A stretch of 64,000 nucleotides of DNA from a virus. Positions 19,878-31,200 of the stretch are shown here, one piece after another (the first letter of the stretch is position 1; every line of letters starts with the position of its first letter). The position numbers were made by a program, and so were the translations under genes. The stretch covers positions 32,001-96,000 of IMG/VR virus record IMGVR_UViG_3300025093_000009; one strand, written 5' to 3'. Under the pieces are notes generated by a model. It was not told the DNA's origin. It worked only from the letters and a program-made list of their open reading frames with translations, and did no database searches.

Positions 19878-20444
19878 ATGATCAATAATTTTAAAAAACC
19901 CAATTTAAATGCTCCTAGATACAGAGAGAAAAGACTTGGGTTATTAAATGAGCAAACAATTAAGGAGTTCAAAGACAAAAAACCTTTGTATTCTGATATA
20001 GATAATGTTAAACTAAAAAAGATAATAAAGATATATAATGTAAAACTTTGGAATGCAGTAGTAGATAACAGAGATGGTGTTGAATTACCAGATTCATTAG
20101 GTTATTTATTTATAGGGACTTGTCCCTCTTCTAAATCAGTTAACACTAATTATGCGTTATCAAAAGAGTATGGTAAAGTTTTACAAAATAAAAACTGGGA
20201 AACAGATGGAAATTTAGGAAAGATATTTTATACAAACTACTCAACTAAATATAGATTTAAAAATAGAGAGTTGTGGAGGTTTGTAGCATGTAGGGATTTT
20301 AAAAGAACTGTTGCAAAAAAATATCCTGTTAATTGGACAAAGTACCTAGTTATGAAGAATAAATACAAGGTTGCTCATCTATATGACGAGAATCCTGAAG
20401 AAACCAGCAAAGCATTAGATAAATATAATGAATTTGAAAAATAA
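19878..20444 (+). CDS. IHF/HU-like DNA-binding protein of crAss-like phages
   Basis: Helical N-terminus then GVELPDSLGYLFI (cf. HU V.L.GFG.F) and WRFVACRDFKR; position before tail tubular genes. Confidence 0.65.
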   Translation: MINNFKKPNLNAPRYREKRLGLLNEQTIKEFKDKKPLYSDIDNVKLKKIIKIYNVKLWNAVVDNRDGVELPDSLGYLFIGTCPSSKSVNTNYALSKEYGKVLQNKNWETDGNLGKIFYTNYSTKYRFKNRELWRFVACRDFKRTVAKKYPVNWTKYLVMKNKYKVAHLYDENPEETSKALDKYNEFEK

Positions 20445-20449
20445 AAAAC

Positions 20450-21124
20450 ATGGCAACAATAGCACAAGTAATATCTAGAATAAGAGGTCAAGTAAAAGCT
20501 GAAGTTCAAGATGCTTTTGTGACTGATAGATATATCTATAGCTTGATAGAGAAACATGCCCAGTTTTTAATGAGAAGACAAGACTATGCAAACAAACTAT
20601 TAAAATTTAATTCAGTATGGAAAACACTTCCTTATGTAGAATTAGTTGAGGTAGATAAAGTTGAAGCTCATTGCGCTGGTATACAAAGTGGTTGTACAAT
20701 AAAACGTACAAAGTTAAAGTTACCTTCTATGTTTGAAGGATATTGGGGACCACTTATCCGTACTATTAGTTCAATAGACGGATCTCAAGAATTACAAGCT
20801 ACACAACCCGGTACTTATACATCTATGACAAAAACTACATCATTTAAATATAATAAGACATTATATTTTTGGTGGTTAGATGGTTATATATATTGTCCAA
20901 ATATACAATGGGATGCAATAAAAGTAGAAGGTGTATTTGATTCTGATATTACTAAATGGGACTGTGATACAGAAAATGATTGTACTCCTAGATATGAACA
21001 ACAAATGTATATACCTGAAGCATTATTTGCTGAGATTGAAAGTCAAGTTGTTGCAACAATGATGGGTACATTAAAAATACCATCTGAAGATTCAGATAAC
21101 AAACGTAACCTAGCAAGAACTTAA
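20450..21124 (+). CDS. Tail ring protein
   Basis: 224 aa; between the IHF-like and tail tubular genes. Confidence 0.55.
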   Translation: MATIAQVISRIRGQVKAEVQDAFVTDRYIYSLIEKHAQFLMRRQDYANKLLKFNSVWKTLPYVELVEVDKVEAHCAGIQSGCTIKRTKLKLPSMFEGYWGPLIRTISSIDGSQELQATQPGTYTSMTKTTSFKYNKTLYFWWLDGYIYCPNIQWDAIKVEGVFDSDITKWDCDTENDCTPRYEQQMYIPEALFAEIESQVVATMMGTLKIPSEDSDNKRNLART

Positions 21125-21135
21125 AATAAAAGATA

Positions 21136-22101
21136 ATGGGAGTATCACAAAAATATAGAACTTTTAATCAATTAATGGAAGATGTATCTATTGATTTTTC
21201 TACGTATGCCCTAGAGGGAATGATAGAACCTGCACAACTTATTAAAGTTGCTCTCAGAGTTAATTATGATTTGGGTTTACGCATACATAGAACAAAAGAA
21301 GTAGTTATAGATATAGAACATGGAAGGGGTCAATTACCTATGGATTTTCAATATCTAAATTATGCATTTAGATGTGGTGAGTATACTATAAATAATACAA
21401 TGCCTTCAGGTACACATATAGAAACTTTTAATGATGTACCATATGTTCCTGCACCAGCAGATGCAGAACCTTGTAAAGATGGAGAAGCATGTAAAGATGT
21501 ATGTGTTATAAAAACTTGCAATGATAAAAATGAATATCAATTAGTACAAAGAGTTGGCCCAAGTCAGTTTAGATCTTTTACTACATGGACTGAATTAAGA
21601 ATAAAAGATGTGAATGATAAAGTTTGCTATTGCCCAAGTTTAGGTGCGCAAGCATTAGATATAGCAGAAATTAAAGATGGCTTCTTAGTTACAACATTTA
21701 GAACAGGAAAAGTATATTTAAGTTATCAAGGAGCAATGGAAAATGCACAGGGAGATTTGTTAGTATTAGATCACCCATACTGTAATGAATATTATGAATA
21801 TGCCATAAAACAAAGAATACTTGAAAATATGATTTGGAATGGTGAGAATGTATCACAACAATTAAATCTAATAGAAGCAAGGTTAAGAGCTTCAAGAAAT
21901 AATGCATTAGGTTTTGTGAATACACCAAACTTCCAAGAGATGAGAAAAGTATGGAACATGAACCGAAGAGCACAGTATCATAATTATTATAATATGTTCT
22001 TGAGTTATGCACCAGCTAATCCAACTCTTGCAGTTGCACCTCCTATTGCACAATCTCATCAAGGATCAACAACAGGCAGTAGTTCATGTCCAACTTGTTA
22101 A
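21136..22101 (+). CDS. Tail tubular/ring protein
   Basis: 321 aa; IDIEHGRGQLPMDF and GKVYLSY...YYEYAIK adaptor-like motifs; directly before the muzzle gene. Confidence 0.6.
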   Translation: MGVSQKYRTFNQLMEDVSIDFSTYALEGMIEPAQLIKVALRVNYDLGLRIHRTKEVVIDIEHGRGQLPMDFQYLNYAFRCGEYTINNTMPSGTHIETFNDVPYVPAPADAEPCKDGEACKDVCVIKTCNDKNEYQLVQRVGPSQFRSFTTWTELRIKDVNDKVCYCPSLGAQALDIAEIKDGFLVTTFRTGKVYLSYQGAMENAQGDLLVLDHPYCNEYYEYAIKQRILENMIWNGENVSQQLNLIEARLRASRNNALGFVNTPNFQEMRKVWNMNRRAQYHNYYNMFLSYAPANPTLAVAPPIAQSHQGSTTGSSSCPTC

Positions 22102-22114
22102 CAAGTAATATATT

Positions 22115-25100
22115 ATGGCAAAAAAGAAGAATACTACACCACAACCAAGGGGACAGGGGAGTTCATCAGTAAATACTAATTCATTTACTAAAGGGATGAA
22201 CAAGGATGTAGCACCATCCTTTGAGCAACCAAATGCATGGTGGCATGCAAGAAATGCTGTAAATAATTCAGAAGATGGAGATGTAGGTTTAATTGGTAAT
22301 GAACCATCTAATTTATCTTGTGGTGTAATTCCTTACACTGTAATTGGTGCTATACATAGATATGGAGATGAATGGGTTGTTTTCTCTACAGATGATATTA
22401 ACTCTGAGATAGGGCGTTTTGATGATAGTGAGTGTACATATGAAACACTTGTTAATGACCCTTGTTTAAATTTTAAAAAGAAATATTTAATTACAGGTGC
22501 TGCAAAAGAAAATTTTGATTGTACTTGGGAAGTATACTGGGATGATGCAAACAATCCATCCCGTGCTATGAATATAGATGATATTCCTTGGAAAAAGGTT
22601 AAAATATCAGGGCCGGATGTTAATGGTGATCCTTGTGTTGAATATCAAATTATTGAACCTAAACAATTAGACTGTGAACAAATAAGACTAGCACCACTAC
22701 TTGATACACCTTGTGTAAAATTAAGTAAGGCAACTGATGGTGGTATGATACGCAATGGTACATATCAAGCTTTTGTTGCATATGTAGAAAATGAACAACG
22801 TGTTACAGATTATATAGGTATATCTAATTTGCAGACAATATTTAGTCATGAAGGTGGTAATGGTTCTTTAGATATATCTATAACTAATTTAGATCAAGAT
22901 TACTTTTACTATGAATTAGTTATACTTAGAAGAAACCAAGGTCAAACTTCTGCTAAGAGAATAGGTTTATATAGTACTGAGCAAAGTGATATTAATATTG
23001 ATTTTATAGATGAAGCACTAATACCTATTGATTTAAAGCAAATTCCATTACGTAGCCCAGCATATGAAAAGTCTGAGTCTATGTTTGTAGTTAATGATTG
23101 GTTGATAAGACAAGGACCAACTGAGCAATTTGATTTTAATTATCAACCTATAGCAAATCAAATACAAACTAATTGGGTAGTAAATCAGCTTAGTGCAAAG
23201 TATTATACTTTGGGTGGTAATAAGCTTGGGTTTATGCGTGATGAACAATATGCATTTTTTATTAGATGGATATACAATACGGGTGAAAGATCATCTTCAT
23301 ATCACATTCCTGGTAGAGCTCCTGAGTCATATACATTACCAAATGGAGTATCATATCAAGAAAATGAAATTATAAATGGTGCTAATGTAATAAACACAGA
23401 TGAAGGTGAACCTTTATTTAAAGTTTATAACACTGCTTCATTTACACAAACAAATATAAATGAACCTCAAGAAGATAACTCTTTAGTTATTGCAAGAGGA
23501 AAGATGGGATATTGGGAGTCTACAGAGTTATACCCAAGTAATAGACCAGATATATGGGGAGATTTATGTGGTAAACCAATTAGACATCATAAAATGCCAG
23601 ATGAGTCATTGGGCGGTGCAGATTCTCCATTACATATAAGTACAACAAATGGTGACAATATTAATATTGTTGGGGTTGAGTTTACAAATATTGGTAGACC
23701 AACCAATAATGATGGTACATTCATTGAGAATATTGTTGGTTATGAAATATTAAGAGGTTCTAGACAAGGGGCTAGATCTATACTTGCAAAAGGTATGTTT
23801 AAAAATATGCGTAAGTATAGAATTCCTGACTCTGAAAATATATTGGGAGAATCACAAGGTCTATATCCTAACTATCCATACAACTCATTAGAAGATGATA
23901 TTTTCTTTTTTGACGCAGGTCCAGATCCAAATTCTGAAGATACAAGAACAGGTGGTTGTGATAACTTTACTCAGTCTTTAGATAAGTATCCTCCTTTAAG
24001 TGGTTATACTAAGGATGTATTTACTTTTAGTGCTCCAGACTTAATGTTTACAAAACCATTTTTAAATGCTTATGAAACTAAAATATATGGTAGTATAAAC
24101 GGTAAATCTCAAGGAACGTTTATACCATCTGAGGATCACCCACAATTTAAATTACTAAGACCAGTAGCGGCTAACTTAGCAGCTATTATAGGTTTGGGAT
24201 ATGCTTTGAATGCAGTACAAGGTACTGAGTCAGTAAACACCAAAGCTTTACAAATTAACAACCAAGCATATGCACCATTTATTGGGGTAAGTAGTTCTAC
24301 AGGTTATCCTACTTTTGCAACTGCTGGTGGTGTTAGTTTATCATTATTTGGTTTAATAGAGGGTTTTTTAATAAATAGTTTATTAGATGGTATTACAGAT
24401 GTAGCTGATTTATATAGTGGTGGTGTAGCATCACAAATTAAAAAAGAAGCTATAAATACATCTAACATGATAAAAGCATCAGCAATTCCTGGTGCTTATG
24501 GTGGTGGTAGAGATATGACTTCTACATTTGATAAACCAGAAGGTGCTTTACCTACAGCATTAAAAGTTATTATAAGTATATCTATGGCGCAGAAAAATAT
24601 AGCTATAGGTGCTGGTGAAATAATTGATTTATTTTACAATTTAGTTAGTGAGCATGATTTTGTTTATAAGTATAACTCTACAGGATTTTATAACTCATTT
24701 ACTAAAGTAAATCCAAATAATATTTTTAGAACTAAGAATAATGATTCAAATTATATAGGTTCTTCTTTTCAAACTTTTGATGGGATTAAATATAAAATTA
24801 ATAATTTATTTAGACCATCTACTATTGCTGTATCAACAGCAAATGAACTTGATGATCCAGCAGGACCAAAAGATAATTCTAGATTTAGTCTAGGTGGTAC
24901 AGTAGTTAATGGAGGTACAGTAGACTTTCTTAACTCTTATATGTTAAATCCTAGGTCTGCAGATAGACTTCAAAGAAATATATCTGCATTGTATGGAGCA
25001 TTGAAATTTAATTTTGATAATCAATATGGTCAACTAGATGGTGTAAAGCAAATTATGATGAGGGGTTGTGTGGAACTTATTGATCCAGATAAACCAGAAA

Positions 25101-28100
25101 CTTTTAAGTATTCAACTAGCCCAATATTTAGTGGTGATGTTTCTATTAATAGATATACTGAAAAGTGTATTATGCCAATCTTTACAAGATTTTTACAAGG
25201 TCAACCAAATGGTTATTCTTTTGATTACAGCTTATATGTTAACATACCTTACCCAAGATTTTGGCTTAATTCAACTAAGTTTGATATAAGTGGTATTGCA
25301 CGTGAGATAGCTACATTAGGTTTAGATCCAGGAAGTTATGCACAAGAACTTCCTACTAATAAATATTATTTAGATAGAGGTTATGATAACTGTCAAGATA
25401 CAAGTTTATTTGGTAGTTTCTTTGGTGGTGGAAATGATTTAAATCCTGCATGGAATATGGAGTATGCTTATATGTATACACATATTAATGGTGTTAATGA
25501 GTTTTTTGTAGAATCAGAAATTAATCTGGCATATAGAGATTGGGAAGATATGCCAAGTAAAAGGTTTTATGATCCTTATGAGTTTAATGACTTAGGTGTA
25601 TTATTTCATCCTGACCAAATTAAAGATGACAACTTTTATAAGTATGATGATTCATTATCTGCTTCTAAGTTCCCAACTCAATTGGGATCATTCGGTCAAG
25701 TACAAGCAAGAGACTATGATCCACTAGTTGCAGAGACGTGTTACACTTCATATCCTAAAAGACTAGTATACTCATTACAAGCACAAGAAGAATCAAAAAG
25801 AGATTATTGGAGAGTATTCTTAAACAATAATTATAAAGACTTTAAGAATGAAGTAAGTGTTATTAAGCCTATTAATAAAAGTGGTGCATTAATATTTTTC
25901 CCATACTTATCACCTCAAATGTTCCAAGGTCTAGATACTTTGAAAACACAATTAGATACTAAATTAACTATAGGTGATGGTGGTTTATTTAGTCAACCAT
26001 TTCAAAATGTAGCAAATGCAGATGTATCTAATGAGTATGGATCTTGTGAAAGTTTAAGAGGTGTTACAAATACTCCATTTGGTTTATTCTTTATTTCACA
26101 ACAACAAGGTAAAATATTTAATTATGCTGGTAAGGGATTAACACCAATATCTAATGCAGGTATGAAATGGTGGTTTAATAAATACTTACCATCTAGATTT
26201 ATAAAACAATTCCCTGAATCTGAAAACACTCATTGGGTAGATAACCCAGTAGCTGGTGTAGGTTGTCAAGTAATATGTGATGTAGTTGATGATATAGTCT
26301 ACTTTATGAAAAAAGACTACCAACTTAAGCCAGAATATGTTGCAGGTGCTGAGTTTAATAACTATGATGCAAAGCCTGTAGGAATTGATGTACCATGGCA
26401 AAATAAAAAGCTATTAGTAGATATAGGTGATCCATTATACTTTGATGATTGTTCTTGGACTATTAGTTATGATCCTAAAGCAAAGGCTTGGATATCATTT
26501 CATGATTGGCATCCTGAATTAGCTTTACCTAGTATAAATCATTTCTTTACTACTAAGACAACAACTACAACTGTTCCTCAGTGTCCACCGGGTTATAACT
26601 TTAATCCTACAACTAATATGTGTGAGATAGGTGTTAATGAAAGTTCACCTGCTCAAGTTATAATAGATAATATAGCAGCTACTGTTAGTGGTGGTCCTGT
26701 TGCTTGTTTAGTTGATGTTGTAATTTCAATGGATGTATCAGGTAGTACACTTAATAGTGGTAGACAAGCGGCTCAACAAACTTGGATGACTGCATTTTTA
26801 ACAGATCCACAGATAGTCACTTTAATGAACAATAGCCAAATGCAAATTGGATTTGTTGCTTGGGATGATAATAGTAATATTATGAGTATGCCTGATGGTA
26901 GTGGAGGTACTGTTACAATGAGTCATACTGTAACTGAGCCACAAGCTACAACCTTTTTTACCAATAACTGGTCTGCTGGTGGTACTAACGTAGGAATGGG
27001 ATTAAATGTAGGTAATTCAGTACTCACTAATCCAGCTAATTCTACATTGGGCGATAGAACAGCAAATCCTAACTATAGAGCTATTCAAATCCTTGTTACA
27101 GATACTACTACAGCACCAGGAAATAATGTAGGTGCTCCTTACACTTCTGTAGGCGCTGGTACTGCACCTGCGTATCAATTTGTTTATGCAATGTTTTGTG
27201 GAGCTAATAGCTCTGCTCCACCAAACCCTAATGTATTAGATGATATATCTATGTCAGCTGGTCCTGTAAATGTTGATCCATTCCAATATGGTATAAACGC
27301 ATCAGATCCAACAACGTTCCAAGCTGTAGCAACAGCTATTGCAGGAGCCGTATGTGGTACAGATTATGAATGTGAATGTCCTGCAGGTTATACATTAGTT
27401 TATCCTGATTCTAATGGTCTATTTACTCAATCAAGTGGAACATGTACTGATGTACCAGGAGAAGCGCCTATTTGTAGAAAAGTAGAATGTGAGTGTCCAA
27501 CAAGTACAGTTCCTGGCTCAACTACAACAACATCAGGTACATGTCCAGATAGTGCTCCTGAATTATTTTTAATAGGTGATCCAGCATGGATTGATCCATC
27601 ACCATTAATATGTAACTATTTTTATTTTGATAGTACTACACCTAATTATCAAGTAGGTGGTTTTTGGAGACATAATCATAGGTGTGATTCATTTGCTAAT
27701 TTTTATAATGTAGATTATCCGTGGGAGATTGATTTAATATCTAACACAGGACAAGCTGTAAACACTATAAGAAGTTTTGAGTATCAACTAGAAACCTATG
27801 TATATAAAGGAGATCCTCAATATAATATGTGTGGTGGTGATAAATGGGAAGATCTTACATTTAATTTTGATGCTGCTATTATTTATAATAATGATCAAAC
27901 ATCAGGATTACTGGTACTTAATGAGCAACCTGTAAATAGTCCATGGGCTAACTTAGACTATCCTATTGTAACACCAAACAATATAGAGATACTTGTATCT
28001 AAAGTTGAACATAAGTTTAGGTTTAATCAGTTCTGGGATGTTACAAATGACAGAGGTGAATTTACAAATGCAGAACAACCAATATTTAATACGGATTGTA

Positions 28101-28273
28101 ATGGATATGTTAGACCATTAAATACAACTAATCTTAATTACTTCAAACCTCAAACAGAGCGTAAGAAATTTAGACATTATTCTAATCATGTTTTATTACG
28201 TAGAAATAATTCTGGCAATAGAAAAATGATGTTAAGATTAAATAATACTAAACTATTACTATCTAAAAGATAA
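22115..28273 (+). CDS. Tail stabilisation (muzzle) protein with inserted Cys-rich/VWA module
   Basis: NSFTKGMNKD N-terminus, GFMRDEQYAFFIRW and WTISY..WISFHDW motifs typical of crAss tail-stabilisation proteins; VDVVISMDVSGS MIDAS. Confidence 0.75.
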   Translation: MAKKKNTTPQPRGQGSSSVNTNSFTKGMNKDVAPSFEQPNAWWHARNAVNNSEDGDVGLIGNEPSNLSCGVIPYTVIGAIHRYGDEWVVFSTDDINSEIGRFDDSECTYETLVNDPCLNFKKKYLITGAAKENFDCTWEVYWDDANNPSRAMNIDDIPWKKVKISGPDVNGDPCVEYQIIEPKQLDCEQIRLAPLLDTPCVKLSKATDGGMIRNGTYQAFVAYVENEQRVTDYIGISNLQTIFSHEGGNGSLDISITNLDQDYFYYELVILRRNQGQTSAKRIGLYSTEQSDINIDFIDEALIPIDLKQIPLRSPAYEKSESMFVVNDWLIRQGPTEQFDFNYQPIANQIQTNWVVNQLSAKYYTLGGNKLGFMRDEQYAFFIRWIYNTGERSSSYHIPGRAPESYTLPNGVSYQENEIINGANVINTDEGEPLFKVYNTASFTQTNINEPQEDNSLVIARGKMGYWESTELYPSNRPDIWGDLCGKPIRHHKMPDESLGGADSPLHISTTNGDNINIVGVEFTNIGRPTNNDGTFIENIVGYEILRGSRQGARSILAKGMFKNMRKYRIPDSENILGESQGLYPNYPYNSLEDDIFFFDAGPDPNSEDTRTGGCDNFTQSLDKYPPLSGYTKDVFTFSAPDLMFTKPFLNAYETKIYGSINGKSQGTFIPSEDHPQFKLLRPVAANLAAIIGLGYALNAVQGTESVNTKALQINNQAYAPFIGVSSSTGYPTFATAGGVSLSLFGLIEGFLINSLLDGITDVADLYSGGVASQIKKEAINTSNMIKASAIPGAYGGGRDMTSTFDKPEGALPTALKVIISISMAQKNIAIGAGEIIDLFYNLVSEHDFVYKYNSTGFYNSFTKVNPNNIFRTKNNDSNYIGSSFQTFDGIKYKINNLFRPSTIAVSTANELDDPAGPKDNSRFSLGGTVVNGGTVDFLNSYMLNPRSADRLQRNISALYGALKFNFDNQYGQLDGVKQIMMRGCVELIDPDKPETFKYSTSPIFSGDVSINRYTEKCIMPIFTRFLQGQPNGYSFDYSLYVNIPYPRFWLNSTKFDISGIAREIATLGLDPGSYAQELPTNKYYLDRGYDNCQDTSLFGSFFGGGNDLNPAWNMEYAYMYTHINGVNEFFVESEINLAYRDWEDMPSKRFYDPYEFNDLGVLFHPDQIKDDNFYKYDDSLSASKFPTQLGSFGQVQARDYDPLVAETCYTSYPKRLVYSLQAQEESKRDYWRVFLNNNYKDFKNEVSVIKPINKSGALIFFPYLSPQMFQGLDTLKTQLDTKLTIGDGGLFSQPFQNVANADVSNEYGSCESLRGVTNTPFGLFFISQQQGKIFNYAGKGLTPISNAGMKWWFNKYLPSRFIKQFPESENTHWVDNPVAGVGCQVICDVVDDIVYFMKKDYQLKPEYVAGAEFNNYDAKPVGIDVPWQNKKLLVDIGDPLYFDDCSWTISYDPKAKAWISFHDWHPELALPSINHFFTTKTTTTTVPQCPPGYNFNPTTNMCEIGVNESSPAQVIIDNIAATVSGGPVACLVDVVISMDVSGSTLNSGRQAAQQTWMTAFLTDPQIVTLMNNSQMQIGFVAWDDNSNIMSMPDGSGGTVTMSHTVTEPQATTFFTNNWSAGGTNVGMGLNVGNSVLTNPANSTLGDRTANPNYRAIQILVTDTTTAPGNNVGAPYTSVGAGTAPAYQFVYAMFCGANSSAPPNPNVLDDISMSAGPVNVDPFQYGINASDPTTFQAVATAIAGAVCGTDYECECPAGYTLVYPDSNGLFTQSSGTCTDVPGEAPICRKVECECPTSTVPGSTTTTSGTCPDSAPELFLIGDPAWIDPSPLICNYFYFDSTTPNYQVGGFWRHNHRCDSFANFYNVDYPWEIDLISNTGQAVNTIRSFEYQLETYVYKGDPQYNMCGGDKWEDLTFNFDAAIIYNNDQTSGLLVLNEQPVNSPWANLDYPIVTPNNIEILVSKVEHKFRFNQFWDVTNDRGEFTNAEQPIFNTDCNGYVRPLNTTNLNYFKPQTERKKFRHYSNHVLLRRNNSGNRKMMLRLNNTKLLLSKR

Positions 28274-31200
28274 TGAAGAAGAAATTTACACATACAGAGA
28301 GAAGAGGATTACCTGGAGGACCTAATGAATACATTACTCATGTTAGTGGTTTATTCAGTGTTGAAGGTTATAAATCAGATAGCCCTGATAAAAACAATCC
28401 GTTTAATCTTATTGACTCAGGAAATATCACAATGGAAGGTGTTGAATTTCCAGTTATGGGTATAGATAATCTTGGTAATGCAGAAATGATGCTGCCTCAA
28501 AACAATTATGAATTTCCTGGTGATATGGTTTTAGAAATACCTATGGCACAGGATGGTGATGAAACTCCAATGGCAACTCAAATGTTAGATGAGGTTGTAG
28601 TTACAGCACCTAAGAAAAAACAAAGTTTATTTAGTAAAGTGGGTCACGGTGTTTTAGATGGGCTTGGTTTAATTCCTGGACTTGGTGAAATAGCAGATGG
28701 CGCTAATGCACTTTGGTATCTTGCTGAAGGTGATAAGATGAATGCGGGCTTATCTGCCGCTGCAATGATTCCATTTATAGGCTGGGGTGCAACAGCTGGT
28801 AAACTTGGTTTAAAAGGAAAGAAAGCTTTAGATGCTGCTAATACAGCAAGACAATTATCAAAGGCAGATTTAAATTATGCTAAAAGTTTAGGTTTAGATG
28901 TAAAAGATTATAATAACCTTGTTGATCAATATAATGCTTCTAATAAAACATATAGATCAGTGAGTCCTCAAGCTGATGTATTAAATGATATAAATTTTAG
29001 AAAGGCTGCAGAAAAAGCTGGTATTGATTTTAGCAAAACTGCAACAGATAATACAGATCTTCTTAAATATATGAGTACATCCATACCATATAAGAAATTA
29101 GGTAATGTATATACAGATGCTGCAGTTAAAGGTACTAATGATGCAAGATCATTTTTATTTACTTCACCCAATAAACAATTTACATCTTTTTATGCACCTG
29201 ATGGGTACATGGCTAAGATGCCTTTATTTACTGATGATATAAATAAATTAAGCATACCAGAAATAACAAACAGAATTAAGTTTGGATCTAGAGCAAGTGA
29301 GTATCCATTTGATGCATTGTTGGATAATCCATATATGCAGAATACTCTTAAATCAGGAACAAGAGTTTCTATGCCTCCAGCAAGTAAATTGGGTGTGCAA
29401 GAAAATACTGTTCAATTTATAGGTGATAGAGGACAAAGGCTTTTTGATCCTAACACGGTTGAAATATTACCAGTTGGAGAAGCACTTAAAAATCCAAATT
29501 TCCAAAAAGGTAAAGAGGTTCCACCAGAAAAATGGCAGGATACAATTAATTATATTGATGAAAATAAATTAAAAAGAGCAATTGCTGAAGCAGAAAGTTT
29601 AAATGGGCAGTTAATGAAAAACCCATACTCTACGGCATCTGGATTATACGGTCAACGTTTTTCAGAACTAGAGAAAGGAAAATTATATGATGGTACAAGA
29701 GATCAGTTTATAAAAGATTTAGATGCACAAAATAGAATATTTGATATGAGATTAAATGAAGGTGTTAAAGTAAATAAAACAACACCTTTACTAAAGGATG
29801 CATATGATCTTATGAATGAATACAAACCTCAAATAAAAGATTTTGATTTTGATTACTATGATATAATCTCATTATCAAACTTTTTAGGTAGACAAGGTAC
29901 CAGAGAATTTTTTGGAAATGTAATCAGGGATGGTAAAGATTTATCAGAGGTATTTCCTAATTTATATGGACCTAATGTTAAACAACCAAACAAAACACCT
30001 CAAGAATATTTAGGTATTACAAGAAAGTATTACAGACAATATGCTGGTGAAATTCCTGTTATTGCTCAAGATAACACAAGAGTTAATATGCCAACAATAC
30101 CTATCATTGATAAAAAGCCTGCACCTACCTCACGTTATTCTGATTTACTATTTACAGAAAATGATTTTGATATTATAGGTGATGATAAGGATGAATTCAA
30201 TCCTTTTGATACTATACCAATTGATACATTAGAAATACAAAGAGATAACACAAATGTTGTTGACACAAATATATTACCAGAGTATTTGCAAAAATATGAA
30301 AAGATAAAAGGACCTAATTTTTCAGATGAAGAATTTAAAAATATACTATTTGATGTTTCACAAGAGTCTGAGTTTAATGAATATCAAGATCCAGTACTAA
30401 TAGCTGATTTTATTAAAAAGTCTAATTTTTATGCAGAAGGGTGGAAAGATATGACTAGTGCTGCTCCTAATGAGGTAAAGGATTTACAAGATGTATTAGT
30501 TAGAAAAGGTTATGACATAGGCCCAACAGGTGTAGATGGAAAATATGGTCCAAAAACATATGCTGCACATAGAGCAATGGTTGATGATATTAATTTAAAT
30601 CCAAATGCTATATCAAGATATTATAAAAAATATGGTGCAAACAATTCATCTGAAGTAAGAGGTATTCAAGAGAAATTAGTTAAGCTTGGTTATATGTCTG
30701 AAACATTACCTAATAAAAATACTACTAGTATTGATGGTAAGTTTGGTGATCAGACTAGAGAAGCACTAGAAAGATATAACACAGAAAATGCAAAAGATGA
30801 TCCTAAAGCTACAGTCTTTAATGATATACCAAATCTATTAGAAGAAGATAGATGTGCTGCAGGTATGTGTGTAATACTTGAGAGAAATAATGTTCTTACA
30901 GAAGCTATAGGTGTTAAGTACAAAGATGCATGGGATTTATATGAATCTATGGAAAACGCAGATAATAGTGAAATGGTCTATAATATATATGATGATCCAA
31001 GATTTAACAGAATCAATGAAGAAACAGATATAAATGATCTAAGAAAGATTACTAAAAATGTAAAAAAAGAATCACAAACAAAAGCTAGTGATTATGCTAT
31101 AGGAGATATTGTAGGTTTATTTTGGGATGGTTCATCACATCATGCAGAAACATTAAAATCAAAAACTTATAATACACACAGTGGATTTGTTTCTGATATA

